Virus record (IMG/VR): IMGVR_UViG_3300037070_000655
Span: 1 to 41,012 of that record
Origin: a virus
Taxonomy: Duplodnaviria; Caudoviricetes
Reading direction: 5' to 3' (one strand)
Length of the DNA stretch: 41,012 nt
Both the position numbers and the translations under genes were made by a program. The notes under the pieces were generated by a model that saw only the letters and a list, made by a program, of their open reading frames with translations, was not told the DNA's origin and did no database searches. Below are positions 23,443 through 32,306 of the stretch, in pieces. Within the stretch, counting starts at the first letter, position 1; each line of letters starts with the position of its first letter.

Positions 23443-26400
23443 TGGCAGGCGAACGCATCAGCTTCGACGAGACCGAGGTCAAGCCCATCGCGGGCCGCGT
23501 CGACTTCGACGAGACGGACGTCCAGCCGATCAAGCAGATCGGCCACGTCGAGAGTGCACTGCGTGTAGTGGGCGACTCGGCGCGCAAGGGATTGCAGATG
23601 TGGGACGCTGCAGCCACCACGTTGGCGTCGGTGTTCAGCGAGAACGAAGCTGAGCGCGTGGCCAAGATGGGCATGGAGCGCGAGGCAGCGCTACGTGCCA
23701 AGGGCTTCCAGGGCGAGCAACCGCGCGAGCAGTTCAGTACCCCCGGCACGATCGTCGGTGGGGTGGCAAGCATCCCCTTCGAGATTGCTGGCGGCATGGG
23801 TGCGCAGCACGGGCTGGAGCGCGGCCTGGAGATCGAGAGCCGTGGTGGCACCCGCGCAGAAGCGATGCGCGGTGCAGCGGTGACTGGTGCGGTCCGCGGT
23901 GCGCTGAATCTGCTCCCCGTGAAAGCTGGTGGCGCTGTCGGCAAGGCTGTCGAAGGCAAGGTTGGCAGCGTGGTGGGTGGCGCGGCAACCGGTGGCGGGA
24001 TCGCCGCTGGCGGCGGCATCGTTGGCCGCGCGCTCGAAGACGCTGCGCTGCCCGAAGGCAAGCAGTTCGAGGATCTGAAGCAGCCCAACGACATGAACAC
24101 CATCGCGCTCGATGCAGCGATGGGCGCTGCGTTCGGTGGTGGATCCGGCGCCATGTCAGCGCGCACGACGCGCAAGAAAACGAAAGCCGCTGCCGAAGCC
24201 AAGGCGAACGAATTCCCCGCAGACAAGTTCGAGGACATGGGCGACGGCAACTACCGTGCGCCCAACGGCGCCATCGTCACCAAGGATATGTGGGACTCCA
24301 ACAGTCCGAAGGTGCGCGAGGGCTGGATGGAAGAGGCACCCAAGCCTCCTGGCGAGCCCAAGCTGCAGGAAGAGATCGAGCGGCTGCGCGAAGAGCATCC
24401 GACCGGTCCTGTGGCCACTGTCGTCAACGAGGTGACCAAGCAGCGCGAGAAGGTGGCCAAGACCAAGTCCGACGCTGCTGAACTGCGTAAGGCAGCCGAG
24501 CAGACCACGGACGCTGAACTGAAGAAGGCGCTTAACGCACGAGCCGAGAAGATCGACCCGAGCGAGAAGATTCCTGTCGGCGAGGTCAAGCAGGGTCAAC
24601 CGAAGATCGAGGCAGAGGCACCGAAGAAGATCCCCGAGGGCGAGGTCAAGGAAGGCCAGCCCGAGATCAAGACCGAGAAGGCCGAGCCGATCCCCAAGGG
24701 CGAAGTGATCGAAGAGAAGATCCCCGTCGGTGAGACCGACGAGGTGCCTGACGTCGGCGGCAAGATCCCCGTTGGTGAAGCCAAGGAGATCACACGCTCG
24801 GGTGTCGAGCCCACCGATGAACCGAAGCCGGGGTCGATCCCCAAGGGCGAGACCAAGGAACTCTACATCCCACCGGAGAAACGCAATGCCGCTGATCAAG
24901 TCCCCAAGCAAGAAAGCCTTCAGTCAAAACGTGTCGAAGGAGATGAAAGCGGGCAAGCCCCAGAAGCAGGCGGTGGCGATCGCGTACTCGACACAACGTC
25001 GAAGCCAGGGACGGAAGCGGTAGCTCGCGACTGGGGCACCACGTCCGCTGAAGCGGCGCAGAAAATCCGCGATCTGAAGACCAAGGGCGACATCACTGCG
25101 ATCGATGAAGCGAAGATGCTCAGCATCGCCGACAAGCACAAGAGCGATCCGAACCTGCGCACCACGAAGCTCAACAACTTCATGACGGATCGCGGCCAGC
25201 CGATCCCACCACGCACGACGAAGAAGCCTGCGGGTCCAGACCCAGCCGAAGCACCGGAGATCCCAGGCAAGGGCAAGTCGGCCGACATCGATGACGACAT
25301 CGCGTTCGATCCCAACGACCCGAAGTCATTGACGTTCCCCAAGATCGAGGCGTCGATGATCGACGCGTCGCAGCGTGAGACCGAGCGCAAGGCTGTCTAC
25401 AAGAGCACGCCGCGCGCTGACGATGGTCTGCGCATCGTCGGCAAGGACGACCGTGGCATCACCCAGGTTCGCACGGCGCTCAAGGAAGGCATGCGCGACG
25501 GCAGCGTCGACAAAGACGGTGGTGAGCTAGCGCTGTGGGCGCTGGAGCGCAATCCGAATCTTGCGCGTGGGCTGAAGCTGCGATCGACCAAGGACGAAGG
25601 TCCGGGCCGCGGCATGTACAACAACGCCACGCGCATCATCGACCTGTTCAAGCACAACGATCGCAAGACTGGGGCGCACGAGATCCTGCATCACAGCGAA
25701 CGCATGATGCCCGAGATCGTGCAAACCGGGATCCGTCGTGAGTGGAAGCGCGCGTTGAGCAAAGCGGTAGCTGAAGCCAAGACCCCAGTCGAGCGACAGG
25801 CGCTGAAAGACATCCAGGCATCGGCATTCCGTGGCGATGCCAACGCACGCAAGCGCGTGATGGACGCGATGATCGGCGACGAGAACAACCCTGCCGTCAT
25901 CGACAAGTACAAGTTCTATCACCTGATGAACCCCAGCGAGTTCTGGGCGGTGAACGCAGCGAACATCATGCACGAGCGCCACATTGCACGCGGCTCGTGG
26001 CGCAGCCAAGCCAAGCGCTGGCTGAAGGAACTGGTCGAGAAGGCCAAAGGCATCGTGGGCATTCGCTCGGAGGCACCGCTGCTCAAGGCGCTGGATGAAT
26101 TGCTGGACCCGAAGAAAGTGCGCGGTGAACGCAGTGGCGCGCGTGCACTGAGTGAAGGTGGTGGCCGCGCACCTGTGAAGGTGCCGCGCGACTTTCAGGA
26201 TCCAGACGACGGCTTGAAGAAGTTCAGCAAGAACCTCGGTGATCGAGTCAAAGCTGAAGTCGAGTACATGAAGTTGCGGTCACGTCAACATGAGTGGGCC
26301 TACAACGTCGGTGATGTGTTCCTGTCGACGAAGACGGGAAAGACCTACAAGATCACTGGTCGTACGTTCATGCCGCACGGTCCGATCAAGAACAAGGACT

Positions 26401-29400
26401 ACCAGCCAACCTACTTCTACGAAGGTGGTAACTCGAAGGGCACGATGCGCGAGAAGGCGCTTCGCGAGTCGACGACGATGAAGAATCTCACGACGCCGAC
26501 GATGCTCGACCCCAACGACCCGAATATCTCAGCAGCGCGAAAACAAACGGAGACACCTGAGTTCAAGCGGTGGTTCGGTGACAGCAAGGTGGTCGACGCG
26601 CAGGGCAAGCCGCTGGTGGTGTATCACGGTAGCGGCAAGCGATTCACGGAGTTCTCTCCCGACAAGCAGGGCGCACAGACCGACCAAGGCTACCTTGGCG
26701 CTGGCTTCTACTTCGGGAGTCGTCAACACGCCGGCATGTACGCCAACATGCCGATGCACCACGCTAAGAACGCAGCCGATGATGCCAACTGGCGTGGCGA
26801 TCCTTTCATTCCGATTGGTCAACGAAGTGCGTTGTACCCGGTTAACCTGTCGATCAAGAAACCACTCGTGCTCAAAGAGCGCCGGGATCCTGACACCCCG
26901 AACCGAACGCTCGATCGCGAGAAACACATCCGCGATGCGTTGAAGTTGCCACGCACGGCAAGCGCCAAGGAAGTCACTGCCGCGGCAAAGAGAGCAGGCC
27001 ACGATGGCGTGATCTTCGAGTACGAGAAAGGTGATCCGGACTCACCGTTCGGGCTCGATCGAGAGTTCGTTGCGTTTGAACCAACGCAAGTGAAAAGCGC
27101 CATCGGCAACCGCGGCACGTTCGATCCCAACGATCCGAACATCTCGCTTGCCGTCGGCCCAGGCAAGCCGATGAAGCGCACGCTGCCTGAAGAGACCGAC
27201 TTCCAGAAAGTCGAACGCGCGCTGTTCGATCGCTTCAACCGCGTGACGACGCTGCAGAAGACCGAGGCACCGAAGAAGGAAGGCGCCAACATCTATCTGG
27301 CCGACCAGTTGTTCCAAGGTCGTGCGCAGCACCGCGGCGACGTGCTGGAGCGTGACTTCGTCAAGCCGCTGGGCAAGGATCTCGAAGCTGCCAAGAAGCT
27401 CGGACTCAAGGTCACCGACGCCGACGACTACCTGATGGCGCTGCACGCACCAGAGCGCAACCGCGCGATCGCGGCGATCAACCCGAAGATGCAGGACGGT
27501 GGCTCGGGCCTGACGAACAAGCAGGCGCAAAAGATCATCGACGGTTTCAGCCCCGAGCAGCGCAAGGCGCTGGACGCGATCGCCAAGCGCGTGCACGACA
27601 TGCACCGCAAGAAGCTCAACGACATGGTCGACGACGGGTTGATTACCGCCGACGCTCGCGACGCGCTGAACCGCAAGTTCAAGAACTACGTGCCGCTGAA
27701 GACGATCGATGAAGAGGAAGCCTTCACTGGCATCGGCCAGGGCTACTCGATGCGCGCCACCGACATCAAGGAAGCGCTGGGTCGTAGCAGCAAGGCAGGC
27801 TCGCCGGTCGCCGCCAGCATGATGGATGCCGCACGCTCGATCGTGCGTGGCGAGAAGGCGCGTGTCGACCGCTCGATCTGGGAGTACGCGCAGGACAAGG
27901 CGGCGCACGACTTCATCAAGCCTTACGACCCCAACAAGCCGCCACCCGAGGTGACGAAGCAGGCCAAGGGACCGGACGGTCAGGTCAAGAAGGTCGTGGA
28001 TCCGAACAAGGTCCGCGACATGACGATCGATCTCGTGGTCGATGGCCAGCAGCAGAAGATCTTCGTGCCCGACCAACTGCTGCGTGACCAGATCCGCAAG
28101 CTGGCCACCGTCAACGATCCTGGCAAGGTGCTTGGCGCGATCGGCAAGGTGACCAGCGGCATCGGTCGCATGCTCACCGAATTCAACCCTGCGTTCACGT
28201 TGCCCAACGCGGTGCGCGACTCGATCACCATCGGCATGCGCGCGAAGGCGCATGGTCTGAGCCCCGCCAAGGTGGTGGGCGGGATCCCCGAGTCGTGGGG
28301 CGAGATCATCAGCTACAAACGTGGCGCCAACACACCGGGCGCCAAGATGTACGAAGAATTCCTCAGTGCTGGCGCCAAGACAGGCGCGTACGGCGTGACC
28401 GACGTGACGCAGACGATGCGCCGGCTCGAACGCATGGGTGCGCAGATCGGCGACAAGCGCTACGAGACCAACGCTCTGCGTCGCAAGGGTGGACAGGTGC
28501 TGCGCACCGCTGCGCAAGCGATGTCGGGCTTCAACGAGATCTTCGAGTACGCAGGCCGCTTCTCCGCGTTCAAGGAAGCACGTGCTGCTGGCAAGTCCGT
28601 GAAGGAGTCAGCCGCGATCGCCAAGGAGATCTCGGTCAACTTCAACCGCAGCGGTGAGCACACCCGCTGGATGAACTCGCTGTTCGTGTTCGCCAATGCG
28701 GCGCTGCAGGGCCTGCGCAACAGCGCGGTCTACGCTGCCAAGAGCAAGGCTGTGCGCCACGCGATGCTGGGCACCGTGGGCGTCGGCGCGATGGCGCAGA
28801 TGTGGAACGAGTTGATGGGTGGCATCAACGAAGACACAGGTGAGCCCAAGGCCAACATGCAGAACGACGCGATGGCCGACAAGAACCTGATGCTGATGTG
28901 GCCAGGGTCTGACAAGGGCATCAAGATCCCGCTGCCGCCTGAATACTCGTGGCTGTATGCGATGGGCCGGCGCGGCTACCGTGCGTTCTCGCAGGGCCAC
29001 TCGAAGAAAGAAGCCGCAGGCATCGCAGGCAACCTGCTCGATGCCGTGCTGCCCGTGCGACTGCCCGACACTGACAGCCACGTGGGCGCTGCTGCGAAGG
29101 CGCTGGTGTTCACGCCAGTCGTGCCGTTCGCTGATTTGCTCGGTGACAACAAGAACTTCTTCGGTCAGGACATCGTGCCTGATCGACACGACGACATCAG
29201 TCCCGCACCGTATGTCAAGTCCAGTCGCACGACCACATCCGATATCGCCAAGGGGATCTCGGAAGGCATGAACACGATCACTGGCGGCGACAAGATTCGG
29301 CCCGGTCTGTCAGAGAAGGCGCTAGGACCGTTGGTGTCACCCGAAGGCATCGAGCACATCACCGGCTTCTACACAGGCGGGATCGGTCAGCTTGTGATGC

Positions 29401-29768
29401 AATCGAAGAACTTGGCCAAGGCGGCGTCGAAGGGTGATCCCGTCGACATCAACAAGATCCCGATCGCCAATCGTTTCCTCTTCGAGGAACCCAAGAGTTA
29501 CACAAGTCGGCGTTACAAAGAGTTGCGACCCGAGTTCGAGTACGCGAAGGACTACATCAAAGCCGACCAAGAGAACAAGGTCGACCCGAAAGTCAGGCGT
29601 GCACTCGACGAATTCGTTGGCGCTGAGAAAGAATTGCGCGTTTTGTTCAAGCAATTGAAGACCGCTGCCTCTGAAAACAATGATGCCGAGAAGAAGGAAA
29701 TCGAGCAAAATATCAAGCGTGCACAGTCGCGGGTCATCCGCTCTTACTACGGGCAGCCACAGCAATGA
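23442..29768 (+). CDS. Giant polyvalent internal virion protein (HExxH zincin-like, ART-PolyVal-like ADP-ribosyltransferase, LPD38-like C-terminus)
   Basis: HEILH at 25677; FKRWFGDSKVVD..GKPLVVYHGS...GFYF...GHDGV...EFVAFEPTQVKSAIGNRGTF; AKEISVNFNRSG..NSLFVFANAALQG; last gene of the ejection cluster. Confidence 0.85.
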   Translation: MAGERISFDETEVKPIAGRVDFDETDVQPIKQIGHVESALRVVGDSARKGLQMWDAAATTLASVFSENEAERVAKMGMEREAALRAKGFQGEQPREQFSTPGTIVGGVASIPFEIAGGMGAQHGLERGLEIESRGGTRAEAMRGAAVTGAVRGALNLLPVKAGGAVGKAVEGKVGSVVGGAATGGGIAAGGGIVGRALEDAALPEGKQFEDLKQPNDMNTIALDAAMGAAFGGGSGAMSARTTRKKTKAAAEAKANEFPADKFEDMGDGNYRAPNGAIVTKDMWDSNSPKVREGWMEEAPKPPGEPKLQEEIERLREEHPTGPVATVVNEVTKQREKVAKTKSDAAELRKAAEQTTDAELKKALNARAEKIDPSEKIPVGEVKQGQPKIEAEAPKKIPEGEVKEGQPEIKTEKAEPIPKGEVIEEKIPVGETDEVPDVGGKIPVGEAKEITRSGVEPTDEPKPGSIPKGETKELYIPPEKRNAADQVPKQESLQSKRVEGDESGQAPEAGGGDRVLDTTSKPGTEAVARDWGTTSAEAAQKIRDLKTKGDITAIDEAKMLSIADKHKSDPNLRTTKLNNFMTDRGQPIPPRTTKKPAGPDPAEAPEIPGKGKSADIDDDIAFDPNDPKSLTFPKIEASMIDASQRETERKAVYKSTPRADDGLRIVGKDDRGITQVRTALKEGMRDGSVDKDGGELALWALERNPNLARGLKLRSTKDEGPGRGMYNNATRIIDLFKHNDRKTGAHEILHHSERMMPEIVQTGIRREWKRALSKAVAEAKTPVERQALKDIQASAFRGDANARKRVMDAMIGDENNPAVIDKYKFYHLMNPSEFWAVNAANIMHERHIARGSWRSQAKRWLKELVEKAKGIVGIRSEAPLLKALDELLDPKKVRGERSGARALSEGGGRAPVKVPRDFQDPDDGLKKFSKNLGDRVKAEVEYMKLRSRQHEWAYNVGDVFLSTKTGKTYKITGRTFMPHGPIKNKDYQPTYFYEGGNSKGTMREKALRESTTMKNLTTPTMLDPNDPNISAARKQTETPEFKRWFGDSKVVDAQGKPLVVYHGSGKRFTEFSPDKQGAQTDQGYLGAGFYFGSRQHAGMYANMPMHHAKNAADDANWRGDPFIPIGQRSALYPVNLSIKKPLVLKERRDPDTPNRTLDREKHIRDALKLPRTASAKEVTAAAKRAGHDGVIFEYEKGDPDSPFGLDREFVAFEPTQVKSAIGNRGTFDPNDPNISLAVGPGKPMKRTLPEETDFQKVERALFDRFNRVTTLQKTEAPKKEGANIYLADQLFQGRAQHRGDVLERDFVKPLGKDLEAAKKLGLKVTDADDYLMALHAPERNRAIAAINPKMQDGGSGLTNKQAQKIIDGFSPEQRKALDAIAKRVHDMHRKKLNDMVDDGLITADARDALNRKFKNYVPLKTIDEEEAFTGIGQGYSMRATDIKEALGRSSKAGSPVAASMMDAARSIVRGEKARVDRSIWEYAQDKAAHDFIKPYDPNKPPPEVTKQAKGPDGQVKKVVDPNKVRDMTIDLVVDGQQQKIFVPDQLLRDQIRKLATVNDPGKVLGAIGKVTSGIGRMLTEFNPAFTLPNAVRDSITIGMRAKAHGLSPAKVVGGIPESWGEIISYKRGANTPGAKMYEEFLSAGAKTGAYGVTDVTQTMRRLERMGAQIGDKRYETNALRRKGGQVLRTAAQAMSGFNEIFEYAGRFSAFKEARAAGKSVKESAAIAKEISVNFNRSGEHTRWMNSLFVFANAALQGLRNSAVYAAKSKAVRHAMLGTVGVGAMAQMWNELMGGINEDTGEPKANMQNDAMADKNLMLMWPGSDKGIKIPLPPEYSWLYAMGRRGYRAFSQGHSKKEAAGIAGNLLDAVLPVRLPDTDSHVGAAAKALVFTPVVPFADLLGDNKNFFGQDIVPDRHDDISPAPYVKSSRTTTSDIAKGISEGMNTITGGDKIRPGLSEKALGPLVSPEGIEHITGFYTGGIGQLVMQSKNLAKAASKGDPVDINKIPIANRFLFEEPKSYTSRRYKELRPEFEYAKDYIKADQENKVDPKVRRALDEFVGAEKELRVLFKQLKTAASENNDAEKKEIEQNIKRAQSRVIRSYYGQPQQ
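24886..25023 (+). CDS. Nested +1-frame small basic protein (45 aa)
   Basis: SD GGAGA at 24875, ATG 24886; MPLIKSPSKKAFSQNVSKEMKAGKPQKQAVAIAYSTQRRSQGRKR; GC3 bias follows this frame; resembles the widespread phage MPL..S.K..S.N...E..AGKPQKQAVAIA family. Confidence 0.75.
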   Translation: MPLIKSPSKKAFSQNVSKEMKAGKPQKQAVAIAYSTQRRSQGRKR

Positions 29769-30136
29769 GTTTAGACAGCGGACATGGTTGGGATGGTCAA
29801 GAACGACGAAGACCAAGCCAGACAAACGGCGGTGCTGCGGGGGTCGAGCGGCACATCACGACCGTACTGGTGGGGGTGATGACGGCGATCACCGTCTGGG
29901 TCGGGTTCTCGCTGGTTGATCTTGGCAAAGAGCAAGTGAAAACCAGCACGCAGCTATCGCAAGTCCGCGAAGACATGCGGCAGGTTCAGGACCAGTATTC
30001 GCGTGGCACGAGTGATCGCTACACAGCGAGCGAAGCGCGCCGCGACTTCAGCACGATCAGTGCACACATCCAGAAGCTGGAAGAGCGCATCGATCGATTG
30101 GATCGTGAACTGCGAGCGGCACCACGCACCAAATGA
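29765..30136 (+). CDS. Single-TM coiled-coil lysis-region protein
   Basis: ATGA coupling; TM ITTVLVGVMTAITVWVGFSLV followed by a coiled coil. Confidence 0.65.
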   Translation: MSLDSGHGWDGQERRRPSQTNGGAAGVERHITTVLVGVMTAITVWVGFSLVDLGKEQVKTSTQLSQVREDMRQVQDQYSRGTSDRYTASEARRDFSTISAHIQKLEERIDRLDRELRAAPRTK

Positions 30137-30513
30137 ATCCTGAACAGCACAAGACATACATCGAGGCCCTAGCGGCCTCGCTGACTATCAACGTCTTGGT
30201 GCCGCTGTTGATCCTGCTGGCGATCTTCATTTGCGTGTGGGTGCTGTTCTCCCGCGCGCAATCGAACCCCAGCTTCCACATCGAAAACGTGCTGCGTGAC
30301 GAAGCTGGCAAAGAGAGCGCCGCACGTGTGATCATGTTCGGCTGCTTCGCTGTTACCTCATGGGCGTTGGCTGTGATGGTGTTTGCGTTGCCCAACCAAG
30401 TGGGCGACGCGCTGCTGTACTACCTGCTGTTCTGGTCTGGTACTGATGTCGCTAAAGAGCTAATTCAAAAATGGAACGGGCAGATGCCGTTCACCAAAGG
30501 TCCGACACAATGA
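30133..30513 (+). CDS. Putative holin (2-3 TM segments)
   Basis: Hydrophobic segments VLVPLLILLAIFICVWVLF, VIMFGCFAVTSWALAVMVFAL and ALLYYLLFW; upstream of the endolysin. Confidence 0.6.
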   Translation: MNPEQHKTYIEALAASLTINVLVPLLILLAIFICVWVLFSRAQSNPSFHIENVLRDEAGKESAARVIMFGCFAVTSWALAVMVFALPNQVGDALLYYLLFWSGTDVAKELIQKWNGQMPFTKGPTQ

Positions 30514-31106
30514 AAACCATCATCGCTCTGCTCCTGATGTGGCCGATGCTGGCCAGCGCCACCACGTTGTGCGCCGACCCATACCCTGCCACCAGCGATG
30601 TCAGTTCCGCGGTGATGAAGATCAACGGCGTGGTGTCGGGCAGTTGCTCGATCATCACCAAGCCGACCGGCAAGGTGCCGACGTGCACGTTCAACCCACC
30701 GATGGTTGCCGGTGCCTACGCGATCAGCATGGCTGCGTGCCGTAGCGCGACAGACTGTTCCGCTGAGACGTCGAAAGCCTACGCCGTGACTAACGAGTGC
30801 AAGGCTGTCGACAAGACCAACTCGCAGATCGTGTGCGTCGTCACGTTCGGTCCTAGTCCCCCCGAGCCTATGCCAGCAACCTACTGTGGTGATGCAGCGC
30901 CGGCAGACGTCTTCATCGTGACCGGTAGCCAAGCCTTCCCGCTGAACCCCAACGGCACGCGCAGTCTGGTGCCGATCGCGCAAGTGCCGGTCAAGGGCAG
31001 CACCTGTGACTGCACCAACCCGATCATTCAAGTGGCCCGGTACTGCAGGGTACAGATCCCTGGAGTCACGGTGGCGGTGGTAGCCGGATGCAGCTTAAAA
31101 AGATAA
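30510..31106 (+). CDS. Exported Cys-rich protein (198 aa, 12 Cys)
   Basis: ATGA coupling; Sec signal MKTIIALLLMWPMLASA; 12 cysteines. Confidence 0.75.
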   Translation: MKTIIALLLMWPMLASATTLCADPYPATSDVSSAVMKINGVVSGSCSIITKPTGKVPTCTFNPPMVAGAYAISMAACRSATDCSAETSKAYAVTNECKAVDKTNSQIVCVVTFGPSPPEPMPATYCGDAAPADVFIVTGSQAFPLNPNGTRSLVPIAQVPVKGSTCDCTNPIIQVARYCRVQIPGVTVAVVAGCSLKR

Positions 31107-31267
31107 GAGACCGCATCGACGCATGGAAGTATCAGCACATAGCCGCTGAGCACCAAGAGCCGTTGATCAAACCGACCAACTGCAATCCGCCTCTCGACAA
31201 AAAACTTAGCATCGAAGAACTGGCGAAAATGTACGGTCTGAAGTACGATAACGGTCGCGTTGGATGA
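31088..31267 (+). CDS. Hypothetical protein (59 aa), below the ORF-track cutoff
   Basis: MQLKKIRDRIDAWKYQH...KYDNGRVG; overlaps the upstream stop and its TGA overlaps the next ATG. Confidence 0.5.
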   Translation: MQLKKIRDRIDAWKYQHIAAEHQEPLIKPTNCNPPLDKKLSIEELAKMYGLKYDNGRVG

Positions 31268-31599
31268 ACTTGATGGACATTCACATTCATGTCACAGGTC
31301 CGGTCACCGTCAACTACGGGCTCCCCGACGAAGACCGCGAATTCCTCCGTGGGAGCCTGACCTCTTTGTTGGAAGGACAATCGAAAATGAGCGGCGAACT
31401 GGACACCCTGACCACCGAAGTTGCTGAAATGAGCGGCGTGGTCGACAGCGCAATTGCGCTGATCCAAGGTTTGAAGGCACAACTGGACGCAGCCGGCACC
31501 GACCCGGTCAAGCTGAAGGCGCTGTCGGACGCACTGGACTCGAAGGCACGTCAACTCGGCGATGCTGTCGCGGCCAACACCCCGTCGGCCCCGGCGTAA
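31264..31599 (+). CDS. Helical phage protein with a possible internal second start
   Basis: MSGELDTLTTEV...VDSAIALIQGLKAQLDAAGTDP..L...AVAANTP; internal GGAAGGA SD before the in-frame ATG at 31388. Confidence 0.7.
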   Translation: MNLMDIHIHVTGPVTVNYGLPDEDREFLRGSLTSLLEGQSKMSGELDTLTTEVAEMSGVVDSAIALIQGLKAQLDAAGTDPVKLKALSDALDSKARQLGDAVAANTPSAPA

Positions 31600-31613
31600 C
31601 TGTCGTTGCTAGT

Positions 31614-31650
31614 AAGAAGGGCAGCCCCGACAATTGGGGCTGCCCTTTCT
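31614..31650. terminator. Strong hairpin, possibly a bidirectional terminator, just upstream of the endolysin
   Basis: AAGGGCAGCCCC-GACAATT-GGGGCTGCCCTT perfect 12-bp stem; TTTCT tail on +, TTCTT tail on -. Confidence 0.7.
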
Positions 31651-31664
31651 CATTGGGAAAAGCA

Positions 31665-32306
31665 ATGATCACGCTGGCTCAACTCATCGCATGCGGCATC
31701 GGCCCCACGCCCGCCCGTGCGTTTCTCGATCACTTGAACACCACGATCGAACGCTTCGAGATCGCCAGCCCCGCGATGTTCATCGCCCAGGCCGCGCACG
31801 AGTCGGTGGGATTCACCAAGCTCGAAGAGGATCTCTACTACAAGGATCCGGTGCGGCTGTCGCGTGACATCTTCCGCAGCGCGTTCGACGTTGACCACGA
31901 CAAGCTGATCGACAACGAAGAGATCGAGTTCGCAAAATTCTACACACGCAACCCTCAGGCGCTGGCCAACCGGGCGTACGCCGACCGCCTGGGCAACGGC
32001 GACGAAGCCAGCGGTGATGGCTGGAAGTACCGGGGCCGCGGGATCTTCCAACTGACTGGCCGCAACAACTACACCGCAGCCGCAGCGGCTCTGAGCGCCG
32101 ATCTGGTGGACAACCCGGACCTAGTGGCGCAACCCGAGATGGCCTGCATCACGGCTGGCTGGTTCTGGGCCAGCAATGGGCTGAATCAGTTCGGCGAAAG
32201 TCTCACGGTCGAGATGGCCACTCGCAAGATCAACGGTCCCCGCCTGCTCCACCTCGACGAGCGCCGTGTGGCCTACATCGAGGCGCAGCACGCGCTGGCG
32301 GCATGA
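31665..32306 (+). CDS. Endolysin, glycoside hydrolase family 19 (chitinase-like)
   Basis: FIAQAAHES..F..LEE, ANRAYADRLGNG..SGDGWKYRGRGIFQLTGRNNY, TRKING. Confidence 0.92.
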   Translation: MITLAQLIACGIGPTPARAFLDHLNTTIERFEIASPAMFIAQAAHESVGFTKLEEDLYYKDPVRLSRDIFRSAFDVDHDKLIDNEEIEFAKFYTRNPQALANRAYADRLGNGDEASGDGWKYRGRGIFQLTGRNNYTAAAAALSADLVDNPDLVAQPEMACITAGWFWASNGLNQFGESLTVEMATRKINGPRLLHLDERRVAYIEAQHALAA

